Below, in pieces: positions 1 to 9,121 of a stretch of DNA of 64,000 nucleotides. The notes below the pieces were generated by a model. It ran no database searches, was not told the origin of the DNA, and worked only from the letters and a program-made list of their open reading frames with translations. Origin of the DNA: Candidatus Bathyarchaeota archaeon (GTDB lineage: Archaea > Thermoproteota > Bathyarchaeia > Bathyarchaeales > Bathycorpusculaceae); the NCBI GenBank assembly GCA_963828195.1, contig CAWHDT010000005.1:672001-736000 (forward strand). The letters are read 5' to 3'. Every line of letters begins with the position of its first letter. The first letter of the stretch is position 1. The position numbers and the translations under genes were made by a program.

Positions 1-1042
1 CTGAGAGCAGAGAATTAAAAGCATATTTTAGAGTAGATACTTCATTCTGTAAATCATCAAGTTTCTTAACCTGTTCCTTATTGACACCAGAAGTACCTTT
101 GAAGTCTATGTTTAAGTAATCATTGTAAACAGTAGGGTACTTTTCTTCTATCTCACTCTGTAGGGTTTGAAGATAGGTAGAGTCTGAGATGTTAATTGAC
201 TTACCCATTAGATACTTTATTTGAAACTCGTTAAAGCCACATCTTGATAGACGAGACATTAGCCATTTCCGTATATTGTGGAATCTCAAGCTCCCTGTAG
301 TCTTTAGACCTGACTGCATCGCTAAACGGTAAAGCATCTTTTGAACTCCATCTTGGGTTATCGGGAACAGCCTTGAATCATTGTCTTTTCTAATGGCTAA
401 GTATTTTGTCAGCCACTCGATAGCTAAGGGATTAAGAACACAAAAACGTGCTACTCCTGTCTTCTGCCGTGTATTGGCAAAGAAGATAAACTTCTCACTG
501 TTTTGGGTAGCATGAGCTAATCTTTTTGTTATTACTTCTTTGTCTTGTTCTAAGAACGCTGATATTTCCCAACCTTCACTAACTGCAGTTGCTAAGAGAG
601 CTTTCTCAAAAGTATCTCCTACCTCGAAAAGTAGCTTTAAGTCACCATTAGTAAAAACATGGCTGTTGTTATCAGCCTCTAAATTGAGTAGTTGTCCTTT
701 TCTAAAAGTGACTACCTTATCAATCGTTAAGAGATAAGAACGCATGGCTGTAATTATGCTTAAGATTCCATTGTTCTTGAATCCCTTTTTTGTTTGCTCT
801 CCTTGAAAAGTCAAAAAGAGCTTTTTGATTTCTTTACTATCCATCTCTTTTAAATTGGCTATAGAGACATTGGTTGCTTGTAGAAACCTTACTAATCTGC
901 TTGCATATTGATGTCTTGTACTCTTTTTGTTAAACTCACTCAGCCATGACTCTATCGAAGGGTCACTATTCAAGATTTTTAGCTGTTCATCCGTAAAGTT
1001 AGACCAATCACTGTCTAAAACTCTATCTTTAAATTCTGACAT
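1..1042 (-). CDS. Tyrosine recombinase/integrase, 3' end runs off the window
   Basis: Manual translation from ATG at 1042 (MSEFKDRVLDSDW...) is open to base 2. It has the box II motif LRFHNIRKW, then YLMGK and a candidate catalytic Tyr (SDSTYLQ). Absent from the ORF track because there is no stop in the window. Confidence 0.85.
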   Translation of the reverse strand, partial: MSEFKDRVLDSDWSNFTDEQLKILNSDPSIESWLSEFNKKSTRHQYASRLVRFLQATNVSIANLKEMDSKEIKKLFLTFQGEQTKKGFKNNGILSIITAMRSYLLTIDKVVTFRKGQLLNLEADNNSHVFTNGDLKLLFEVGDTFEKALLATAVSEGWEISAFLEQDKEVITKRLAHATQNSEKFIFFANTRQKTGVARFCVLNPLAIEWLTKYLAIRKDNDSRLFPITQDGVQKMLYRLAMQSGLKTTGSLRFHNIRKWLMSRLSRCGFNEFQIKYLMGKSINISDSTYLQTLQSEIEEKYPTVYNDYLNIDFKGTSGVNKEQVKKLDDLQNEVSTLKYAFNSLLS

Positions 1043-1051
1043 TTCTCAGAC

Positions 1052-1129
1052 TCTCAGTATTAGTATAATGGCAGACCGATTAATAAAGTTAGCGAGATTC
1101 TAATACTGATTATCTCAGTACTGTATAAT
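1052..1129. repeat. TCAGTA-motif direct and inverted repeats upstream of the integrase
   Basis: tctcagtattagtataat (1052-1069) resembles tctcagtactgtataat (1113-1129); tcagtattag (1054-1063) is inverted with ctaatactga (1100-1109). Confidence 0.55.
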
Positions 1130-1248
1130 TTAAGAGTTTTCATGAGCAACCAACGTTTTCTAAATTTCTAAGGCTATTCAAAACGCAAACGGGGGGAACA
1201 TCAAAAACCAGCTTCCGAAGGGAAATATCCTTTGAAAAGTCTAAGCCG

Positions 1249-1953
1249 CTATTTTTCTACTTTGATTATATGCGGGATTTTACCTGCAGTGCCAACCTGA
1301 CCTTTGTAGATAATTAACACCCCTTCAACCCCTTCAATCGATAACCCCCTATTGATTCCTGCTTTTATCGCGGCTTCCACATTTTCGCCTTTAACAACGT
1401 TCCCCACGGCTGTCGCAGCTGCATCAGCAAGTGAGGCGTTTTTGCAGAAAACCGTTGCAGCTTCTGCGTCACCGAAACTTAGCGCGTGGCTGAAGCGTCC
1501 AGAACTGGTGGCGACTCCGATTGGGAACTCTGTTAGCCGAAAGCCGAAGCGTTTCGACAGGGGTTCTTCTCCGGCGGCAACTGCGACATCTACAGGCATG
1601 TTGGATTGCGCTGAGATTTCTCCGCCGTCCTCAACCACAGCCACCTCACAGCCCACGTCTTCCATATCGCCCACCGCTAAGTCCGCTATGACTCCAGCGA
1701 CAGCTGCCATAGGTCCGACGCCCACTTTTTGTGCAGCTAAAGCCATCAATTTCGCCACAAGCGGCTTTTCCGGCGGAGGGATCGGTTTAAGGGTGTACAA
1801 GAATTTGGGGTTTGCTCTGACATAGATTTCGAGTTCTTGCCTGTTGCGTTTGATTGATTCTTTTGCGGTTTCAATTGCTTGTTTTTTGTCAGAAATTATT
1901 GTGCATTGGGTTTCTTTCAGGGTGAAGTTTTCTTTGAAAAGGTTTCTAGTCAA
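1249..1953 (-). CDS. UPF0280/ApbE-like protein (MA1715-type sulfur assimilation)
   Basis: GPMAAVAG, EDGGEI, ATSSG...SFGDAEA and ADAAATA motifs; operonic with the DUF39 and NIL-ferredoxin genes. Confidence 0.85.
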   Translation of the reverse strand: MTRNLFKENFTLKETQCTIISDKKQAIETAKESIKRNRQELEIYVRANPKFLYTLKPIPPPEKPLVAKLMALAAQKVGVGPMAAVAGVIADLAVGDMEDVGCEVAVVEDGGEISAQSNMPVDVAVAAGEEPLSKRFGFRLTEFPIGVATSSGRFSHALSFGDAEAATVFCKNASLADAAATAVGNVVKGENVEAAIKAGINRGLSIEGVEGVLIIYKGQVGTAGKIPHIIKVEK

Positions 1954-2384
1954 CGTTTATTTTTTCCTTTGGTTGCTGATTGCTCATTGTTTTGCTTAAC
2001 GGATTTTATTGCTCTGGCTGGGCACGCGTCAACGCAGATGCTGCAGGTGCTGCCGACACATTTTTCCCTATCAAAACTCACTGACGAATCCTTATCCACG
2101 CTTATTGCTTCTACGGGGCAAAGTGCCACGCAGCTTCCGCAGCTGAAACATTTTTCTGAGTCAACTTCGATTAGCTTGGGCACTATGACTGAGATGCCTC
2201 TTTCTCTGAAAGCTTTTATTATTTTTTCCTGCTGTGCATCTGGGATTTCGACGAGTATTTCGCCGCCCTTAGAGTTTACTTGCGCAGACAAAATAACCAT
2301 AGGCACCTTGTACTCTATGATTATTTGCGAAGCTATCGGCTGCGGAACTTGTTCTTCGGTGAATCTTAAAAGAAGTCTTACCAT
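1950..2384 (-). CDS. NIL domain + 2x[4Fe-4S] ferredoxin (MA1822-type subunit)
   Basis: N-terminal NIL-like domain; CFSCGSCVALCP and CVGSTCSICVDACP motifs. Confidence 0.85.
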   Translation of the reverse strand: MVRLLLRFTEEQVPQPIASQIIIEYKVPMVILSAQVNSKGGEILVEIPDAQQEKIIKAFRERGISVIVPKLIEVDSEKCFSCGSCVALCPVEAISVDKDSSVSFDREKCVGSTCSICVDACPARAIKSVKQNNEQSATKGKNKR

Positions 2385-2387
2385 GCT

Positions 2388-3890
2388 TTACCGCCCTAAC
2401 AGTTTAGACACATCTTCAGAAGTGACTATTCCAAGAACTTTCTTTTCTATATCAATCACTGGCAGCGCCGAAATGTTGTGCTGAGCCATCCGTCTTGAAG
2501 CGATCTCAAGCGGCTCATCAGGTTTAGCAGTCACAACGTTATGCGTTTCGATGTCCGCTAACGCTTTTTTGCCTTCAGCCATAGCCCGAGTGACATCCCA
2601 AGACGTAACTATCCCCAGCAGCTTGCCAGCGTCGTCAACGACGACAATGTGGTTTACTGATTTGGTGACGATTCGCTCGGCAATGGCGCGTATTTCTTCG
2701 TTTTCGGTGCATGTGACGGCTGGATGCATAACATTCATGACGAACGGGATTTCCTCTGTTTGCCGCATAGGCTTAAAAACGCTGTCTGTGGGCAACCGCT
2801 CAACAGGCGAGGTTAAATAAAACGAGCCTTCCTCAATCCACGATTTTAATGTCTGGGAAACCTTCTTAGCCATCTTTATGCTGGATAAGCTGCTGACCCT
2901 GACTTTCTTGTCATTAATCGTTATTGAGCCGGATTTCAACTCTTTATAGCTCACTTGCCTCAGCTTCGGGCGGTCTCTACGCGGCACGCTGTAATCAACC
3001 ACATCGGTCATGATTTCGCTGTCCCGAATCGCTGTCTTCTTTGCTAAACCCTCATTCAAAATAGGAATAGGAATGCCTAAGCCTACATACATTGAGGTGC
3101 CATAACCCGTGAAGGCAGCGCCCTGCAGGAATTCAGGCGACATCTTCTTGGCGTCGCCTTTCACCATCAAGGTGCCGTTTAGGTTTTTGGGGCTATGCTG
3201 CGTTCCCTCGCCAATAACGTAGCCCTGTGCGCCCCCAAGAAAAATTCTGGAGCCCATGCCGATGGTTTCGTAGTCAGGGTCGTTCATAAGCGGGTTTAAT
3301 TCGCCTGCGCCAGAGAACGTGGCGTTACGCAGTCTGGGCAAGAGCTTGCTCATGTAAGTGTAAATAGTTTCGTCGCTTGTGTTTACTGCGCAGTTGTAGC
3401 GTTGGTAGCAGTTGCGGAAGTTAATTAGGTAAAACTGGTTTAAATCGTCTTTTGTCAATGAGGTTTTAAGCTGAGTTCTCGGGTAACAATCGGTTCCATA
3501 TGCTTCAGCGCGAAGCTCAACCTCTTTGCCCGCCACGAGATCTTGAATAACGTGTCCGCCGCCGTATTCGAAAGGCTGCTTCTCAGACATGTTAGTTGCT
3601 CCTATAAACAGGTCTACTGCCGCACCTGGATGGCAAACTTGAACATCATTCAGCCATGCATGGTCAATCTTTATCGGCGGATCAGAGTGCCCCAAGTTAA
3701 CCACTGCGCCAGATGAGCACATAGCGCCGAAAGTTCCTGTTGTAACCACATCAACTTCTTTAAAGGCAACTTCAACGCCGCTGCTTTCCACAAGTTTTTT
3801 CATTTCTTCAGCGGTTAAAACCTGAACATCGCCCTTGCGAATTTTTTCGTTAATCTCTTCTAAACTGCGGGTTTTAGTCGTTTTAGACAA
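2388..3890 (-). CDS. L-aspartate semialdehyde sulfurtransferase (DUF39 + CBS pair, MA1821-type homocysteine synthesis)
   Basis: VDVVTTGTFGAMCSSGA, AYGTDCYPR and RNCYQRY motifs; C-terminal tandem CBS domains. Confidence 0.9.
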   Translation of the reverse strand: MSKTTKTRSLEEINEKIRKGDVQVLTAEEMKKLVESSGVEVAFKEVDVVTTGTFGAMCSSGAVVNLGHSDPPIKIDHAWLNDVQVCHPGAAVDLFIGATNMSEKQPFEYGGGHVIQDLVAGKEVELRAEAYGTDCYPRTQLKTSLTKDDLNQFYLINFRNCYQRYNCAVNTSDETIYTYMSKLLPRLRNATFSGAGELNPLMNDPDYETIGMGSRIFLGGAQGYVIGEGTQHSPKNLNGTLMVKGDAKKMSPEFLQGAAFTGYGTSMYVGLGIPIPILNEGLAKKTAIRDSEIMTDVVDYSVPRRDRPKLRQVSYKELKSGSITINDKKVRVSSLSSIKMAKKVSQTLKSWIEEGSFYLTSPVERLPTDSVFKPMRQTEEIPFVMNVMHPAVTCTENEEIRAIAERIVTKSVNHIVVVDDAGKLLGIVTSWDVTRAMAEGKKALADIETHNVVTAKPDEPLEIASRRMAQHNISALPVIDIEKKVLGIVTSEDVSKLLGR

Positions 3891-4093
3891 TTAGCCTTAC
3901 CTTAATGCCAATCGAAAAGGCAGCGCACGTTAATATTTTTTGCGCAAACAACCGTGAAACCTCGGCACGTTAGCAATTAAGACTTTCATTGTTTTCTATC
4001 ATAGATTCTAGCCGATGCTTTAAGAACTCACAGGTTAAACGGTTCAAAATTAAACCCCCTTTTGCTTTTCCAGACCTTTGCGGTTTAGGTGAA

Positions 4094-6478
4094 TTAGGAA
4101 GCAAAAAGCGGTAACTTCTTTAATAGTTGCACGCATTTTTTTGCCAGCTGATACAGAAAGCTGCTGATTGCAACGGCGAAAGCTGGAAAAGCAGGCAGGA
4201 TATACCAGAAAAGTTTTGTTTGAGCAAAAGTGAACACTAAAAGAACTGTTAACATCCATAAGAGGATTAAAGAATCTTCTTTCACGCGTTTGATGACCGC
4301 GTTGAATACGCAAAGACCTGCCGCAAAAGGCAGCAGGATTACCCAGGGCAAGTTTTCGTTGTTAGCTATGTAGCTAAAATAGTAAAGGTAACCTCCAGAG
4401 TGGGTCTCAACGGGGCTAACTGTCCGCATAACCACATTGAACCCGAAATATCCCTGCCAGAAAATCCCTCCAAAACTAATAGACATGTAGATCAGCCAAG
4501 GAGAAAAAACCAGAAGCCCAACTCCCAAAAAAAGACCAAACTGTTTCGTAAAGAGAAACCTGACGCTTCGGTTTGTAGCAACGACGTAAAAAAGGAGAAT
4601 AAGCGGAACCAGCAAAGCCTCAATCTGCTTGGTCATTAACGCCAAACCAAAAAACACGCCGCTTAAAGCTGCATATCGACTAGTTTTCTCTGTTTTTTCG
4701 GTTAAAACAAAAAAGTATATGCTGGCTAAAATGAAGAAGATTAAAGGAACATCTGTCATGGCAAGCCGAGCAAACAAGTAGAATGTTGTGAACGTGCCTA
4801 AAACTAGAGCCGACAGAAGCCCCACTGTAGAGTTATAAAGTTTCTTCCCCAAAAAGAAAACCAGAACCAAAGACAAAGCGCCAAACACCGCACTCCAAAT
4901 CCTAGAGGCAAAGTTGTTAACGCCGAAAACCTGGTAAGCAAGAGACATAAGCCACATGTTAAGAGGCGGTTTGCCGATCCAAAAATTTACAATGCCAAAA
5001 GCCCAAGGGGTCAAGTAGTCTCCACTCTTAACCATGTGGAATGCCCACTGAGAATACGTTTGCTCGTCAGTAGCCTTGAGAGCGCCGCTTCCCAGATTCA
5101 CGAAGAATATTGCGGAAAAACCAAGAATCGCCAAAACACAAAGAGCGTCGGCGTGTGCTTGAAACCAAGCCATTTTTTTGCCAGAAACATTTGCAGCGTC
5201 AACGTTTCGCTTACCCCGCCTATTCGAGTGTACAATGCGGGCGGCTGCAAAAATAATCACGGCGGCTACAGCGAACGCAGTTGCGTCAAGGGCTATGGTC
5301 GTCCAAGGCAGGGAGCTGGTAGATTGCAGGGATACGGTTTCAGCAGTTGAATTGTATAGGGCAAAAGCGTAGAGGTTATTGTCATCAGAACCAACAAACA
5401 GAGTATTATTGAAGATAGCTGGGGAAGACTCTACAAAATTTCCAGTCTCGTAACTCCACTCCTTCGCTCCCGTGGAAGCGTTAATGCAATAAACGTTGTA
5501 GTCATCAGAACCCACGTAGACGTTGCCCGCTGCAACCAAGGGCGAAGACCAAACCCAATACCCAGTTCGGCTCTGCCATATTTTCAAGCCGTCAGAAGCG
5601 TTCAAGCAATAAACGTTGTTGTCCTCGGAACCCACATAAACGCATCCATAAGCAACAGCAGGAGAAGAGGTCACCGCATCTTGGGTTTGATATCTCCAAA
5701 TCTGAACACCATTTGAAGCATTTAAACAACAAACGTAACCGTCGATTGTGCCGATGTAGACGCATCCGTTGGATACGCTGGGGGAGGAGACGGTGCTTCC
5801 AGTGGGGCTACTCCATATTTCGCTGCCAGTAGATGAGTTGAGTGCATAAACGAAATAGTTATCAGAAGAAACATAAACGACGCCTCCCACAACCGCAGGA
5901 GATGAATCAACACTTGTACCTATGGTGCAACTCCAAAGCTTCACCCCGTTGGAAGCATTTAATGCGTAAACGTTTCCGTCATAGGAGCCGACGTAGACTA
6001 CTTCGTTGACAACTGCAGGGGAAGAATAAACCTCGCCGCCTGTTGTGTAATTCCAAAGTTTGTCTCCATTAGCTGCATTCAATGCGTAAACATTCCCGCC
6101 CTCGCAGCCTACATAGACGCATCCGTCGCAGATGGCAGGCGAGGAATCCACTTTGCTTTCAGTTGAGAAATACCAGACAAGTTGACCGCTGGAAGAGTTG
6201 AGACAGTAAATGGCTCCGTCTTCGGAACCAACCCAAACGTAGCCGTTAGCCGCTGCGGGAGAAGACAAAACACCCTGCATTGTCGTGAAATTCCATAAGA
6301 GTTCAGCGGAATTCGCGGGTCCGCCTGAATTTGTAGTGCCGCTGCGGCTCGGGTCATTTCGGAACATCGGCCAGTTTCCGCTGCTTGAACTCGCAGCGGT
6401 ACATGAGGCTACTGACACGCTGTAGGAAATTAAAAGAACGGAAATTAGAATGACAAGTGCCCAGTTGAATTTTCTCAT
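4094..6478 (-). CDS. PQQ-like beta-propeller repeats fused to a GT-C (ArnT/PMT-like) glycosyltransferase
   Basis: Signal peptide, WPMFRNDPSRSG and ~8 repeats of SSPA...VYVGSxDxxVYxLNA; then a multi-TM region with DEQTY, GKPPL, ARLAMTD, LALMTK and WYILPAFP. Confidence 0.85.
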   Translation of the reverse strand: MRKFNWALVILISVLLISYSVSVASCTAASSSSGNWPMFRNDPSRSGTTNSGGPANSAELLWNFTTMQGVLSSPAAANGYVWVGSEDGAIYCLNSSSGQLVWYFSTESKVDSSPAICDGCVYVGCEGGNVYALNAANGDKLWNYTTGGEVYSSPAVVNEVVYVGSYDGNVYALNASNGVKLWSCTIGTSVDSSPAVVGGVVYVSSDNYFVYALNSSTGSEIWSSPTGSTVSSPSVSNGCVYIGTIDGYVCCLNASNGVQIWRYQTQDAVTSSPAVAYGCVYVGSEDNNVYCLNASDGLKIWQSRTGYWVWSSPLVAAGNVYVGSDDYNVYCINASTGAKEWSYETGNFVESSPAIFNNTLFVGSDDNNLYAFALYNSTAETVSLQSTSSLPWTTIALDATAFAVAAVIIFAAARIVHSNRRGKRNVDAANVSGKKMAWFQAHADALCVLAILGFSAIFFVNLGSGALKATDEQTYSQWAFHMVKSGDYLTPWAFGIVNFWIGKPPLNMWLMSLAYQVFGVNNFASRIWSAVFGALSLVLVFFLGKKLYNSTVGLLSALVLGTFTTFYLFARLAMTDVPLIFFILASIYFFVLTEKTEKTSRYAALSGVFFGLALMTKQIEALLVPLILLFYVVATNRSVRFLFTKQFGLFLGVGLLVFSPWLIYMSISFGGIFWQGYFGFNVVMRTVSPVETHSGGYLYYFSYIANNENLPWVILLPFAAGLCVFNAVIKRVKEDSLILLWMLTVLLVFTFAQTKLFWYILPAFPAFAVAISSFLYQLAKKCVQLLKKLPLFAS

Positions 6479-6704
6479 CGCTATTCATTCATGAGACCAG
6501 TGTGAGAATAGAATATATTAAATTAATTCAAGTTCAAGAACATAAGTTTTGAAAAAACATCTGCACTGAAAAAAAATCAAAGCAAATCGGAATCGCATCA
6601 AAATCACCTTTAATTTTACGAATAAAACAAAAAAAATCGGGTGGGAGAATTTTGCAGAGGCTATTTTAAGTGAAGTTTAGTGCAAAGCTGATTGGAACGG
6701 CTTC

Positions 6705-7103
6705 TCACCAAGACTGCCTAATGGGGCAAATCTTCTGCGCCATTCCATACACGGTGTTTGCTTTTTTGCGTTCGCGTTCGTTGTCGGTTTTCAATCCGAC
6801 GTTCATGTTGAAGTGCACGTTTGTGAAGATTAGTTTCTCCATGCCTTCGATGTTCATTTTGACGTTTGCTTTTGTTTCTAGGTTTTTGAGTTCTAGCTGG
6901 CTGTTTTTTGCGATTAAAAGAAACAGCGTGTTGATGCATGAGGCTAAGGCAGCGGCGAATATGTCTTCGGGTACGCAGTAGCCTTCTTTTCCTCCAAACA
7001 TGGGTGGTGGACTGACAGTTATGAGTTCTTTGCCTTTTATTGACAGGGCGCATTCTGTTCCGCCTTTCCAGGTGGCTGTTCCTTCAAAATTCATTTCGGG
7101 CAT
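6705..7103 (-). CDS. OsmC/Ohr family protein, possibly truncated by a TGA
   Basis: PPMFGG...PEDIFAAALASC and KICPI; an in-frame extension EAVPISFALNFT* follows the TGA. Confidence 0.8.
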   Translation of the reverse strand: MPEMNFEGTATWKGGTECALSIKGKELITVSPPPMFGGKEGYCVPEDIFAAALASCINTLFLLIAKNSQLELKNLETKANVKMNIEGMEKLIFTNVHFNMNVGLKTDNERERKKANTVYGMAQKICPIRQSW

Positions 7104-7225
7104 TTTTACACATCCTCTTACAGACATTCTATTATTAGAATATGTTAACTTATTTATGTCTTTTCAAACCCGAAAAATAAGCCACCGTCTCCTATCTAAA
7201 AATCACTGGTCGGAAAACGCTCTCT

Positions 7226-7579
7226 TTATTGCTGGTTCAATTGAGCAGCCAAGCTCTTTGACAATTCCTGCCTTCGCCCAAGCGACTCAATAAGCAACTC
7301 ACGTACAAGATCGCAAGCCATGTTAATTTTGGGGTAAGCAACGCTGTAGTAAATGTTGGAGCCCTGTTTTCTCGCCTTCAAAATCTGGGCTTGCCTCAGA
7401 ATGGAGAGATGCTGAGAAAGATTCGACTGCCTCAACCCGAGCAGACCTGTCAGTTCACCCACAGATTTTTCCCCCTCTCTTAGAGCATGAAGTATCCTTA
7501 GCCGCGTAGGGTTAGCCAAGGTCTTGCAGATGTCAGCTTGCATCTCAAAGACATCCGCATCAATTTTTGCGTTATCCAT
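7226..7579 (-). CDS. ArsR/SmtB family transcriptional regulator
   Basis: CKTLANPTRLRIL...SVGEL...QSNLSQHLSILR...IYYS; two Cys placed as in BigR/SqrR-like sensors. Confidence 0.9.
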   Translation of the reverse strand: MDNAKIDADVFEMQADICKTLANPTRLRILHALREGEKSVGELTGLLGLRQSNLSQHLSILRQAQILKARKQGSNIYYSVAYPKINMACDLVRELLIESLGRRQELSKSLAAQLNQQ

Positions 7580-7593
7580 GAAGCAATCTCCAC

Positions 7594-7605
7594 ATATTCG
7601 AATAT
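7594..7605. promoter_or_regulatory. Palindrome ATATTCGAATAT, putative ArsR operator; related site at 7124-7145
   Basis: Perfect 12-bp palindrome 15 bp upstream of the arsR start; a similar ACATATTC half-site lies upstream of osmC. Confidence 0.5.
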
Positions 7606-7730
7606 TCTAAAGCACAGGGTTCTTTTATTGTTTACCTGTGATCCAATGCTCATCTGCGGTTCATCGGACAGTTCCCGCCTCGTCTAAGTCCTCGTCGACT
7701 GCCATCATCAAATATAGTTTTTTTGTTTTT

Positions 7731-7782
7731 TCAGTACATCCTAATGTACTGATAATTTAAATATTAGTACATTGCAATGTAC
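7731..7782. promoter_or_regulatory. Two GTACAT-N4-ATGTAC palindromes flanking a TATA-like box
   Basis: tcagtacat-ccta-atgtactga (7731-7752), tttaaata (7756-7763) and gtacat-tgca-atgtac (7767-7782), immediately before ATG 7787. Confidence 0.7.
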
Positions 7783-7786
7783 ACAT

Positions 7787-9121
7787 ATGATAAATTCGAG
7801 CCTTCTACAGAGGTTTAATCTCCAGTGGAGCACTGGCAAAATCTCAGAAGATTTAGCTAAGCCCTTCAGAAGATCCGTCTACTTTGACGCCTTGGACAAG
7901 TTAGAACGCCGGCAGGTTGTGGTCATCACAGGATTAAGGCGGGTTGGAAAAAGCACAACCATGTTCCAGCTAATTCAAGAGTTGCTGTCAAAAGGCGTTG
8001 CGCCTAGAAATATTTTGTATTTTTCTTTTGATGACGAAAAAAACACGGTTGATGAAGTACTGGAAACTTATGAGCGGGACGTTTTGACAAGGAGTTTTGG
8101 AGCCCTCGAAGAGAGAATATACATTTTTCTTGACGAGGTACAGTATTCAAAAGGGTGGGAAGGCAAACTAAAAACGTTTTATGACCTTTACCCAAAAATC
8201 AAGTTCGTCGTATCAGGCTCGGCGTCGCTGCTTGTTGAAAAATCTGTTAGGGAAAGATTGGCAGGAAGGTTTTTCACTGTACCCGTTTCGCCGCTTGATT
8301 TCAGGGAATTTTCTGCAATGAAAAACGCCCCGCTTGAACAGGTCGAGTTTAACTTAGCCAAACTTAAAGAAGCATTCCTGAAACAAACGGTTGCGCTGCC
8401 GTTGTTCTTGGAATTTGTAAGAAAGGGAGGCTTCCCCGAGCTCACGTCGGAAAGCAACGAAATCATTGTTGCAGAATACATAAGAAACAGTGTTGTTGAC
8501 AGAGTGGTTTTCAAAGACTTCGCGTTGCTGGCTGACAAAAGAGATTTTGAACTTTTCGAAAAAATAATCAACTTAACATGCGCTAGCCCTGGAATGCTGA
8601 CTAACTACGTAAACATTTCAAACGATTTGAAGCGAGACAGACGAACAATCTCAAACTATTTCCGCCTCCTAGCCTATGCAATGCTGCTTTTTCAAACGTC
8701 AAACTACCGAAAAGGCGCAGTTTCAATCAGAAAACTCCCAAAAACATACGTCGCATCTACAGGAATCATCTTCTCATTTTACCCCCAAAACTTCACCGAA
8801 AAAGAAACGCTATCAAGAATAATTGAAAATTTGGTTGTGGTCTCCTGCAAGGCAAAGTATTATTGGCGGCGTGGAAAAAACGAGGTCGACATAGTTCTTG
8901 AACAAAATCAGAAGCTTATTCCGATAGAAATAAAATTCCGCAAAGAAATCGAGAACAAAGACCTGAAGGGAATTCTCAGGTTCATGGATGAAAACAATAT
9001 AGATTTCGGAATTATTGTAAGCGAAGCAGCACTTAACGAAATTAAGCTCAATAAGAAGACCATCTGGATAATTCCAGCATGGCTTTTCCTCCTAGTTAAT
9101 GGAGGAAGTATTAGTGACTGA
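7787..9121 (+). CDS. AAA+ ATPase (AAA_14) with DUF4143 / PD-(D/E)xK-like C-terminus
   Basis: Walker A GLRRVGKS, Walker B IFLDEVQ, SGSAS, GGFPE; C-terminal EVDIV...IPIEIK. Confidence 0.9.
   Translation: MINSSLLQRFNLQWSTGKISEDLAKPFRRSVYFDALDKLERRQVVVITGLRRVGKSTTMFQLIQELLSKGVAPRNILYFSFDDEKNTVDEVLETYERDVLTRSFGALEERIYIFLDEVQYSKGWEGKLKTFYDLYPKIKFVVSGSASLLVEKSVRERLAGRFFTVPVSPLDFREFSAMKNAPLEQVEFNLAKLKEAFLKQTVALPLFLEFVRKGGFPELTSESNEIIVAEYIRNSVVDRVVFKDFALLADKRDFELFEKIINLTCASPGMLTNYVNISNDLKRDRRTISNYFRLLAYAMLLFQTSNYRKGAVSIRKLPKTYVASTGIIFSFYPQNFTEKETLSRIIENLVVVSCKAKYYWRRGKNEVDIVLEQNQKLIPIEIKFRKEIENKDLKGILRFMDENNIDFGIIVSEAALNEIKLNKKTIWIIPAWLFLLVNGGSISD

Larger units (their letters stand above)
1..1140. 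mobile_element. Right edge of a probable integrated element
   Basis: Integrase gene, visibly more AT-rich than the neighbouring housekeeping genes, with clustered short repeats at 1052-1129. Boundary is approximate. Confidence 0.5.

Noticed and set aside
540-737. 65-aa plus-strand ORF
   Set aside because: Antisense shadow of the integrase.
5380-6300. ~120-bp DNA periodicity
   Set aside because: Explained by beta-propeller blade repeats.
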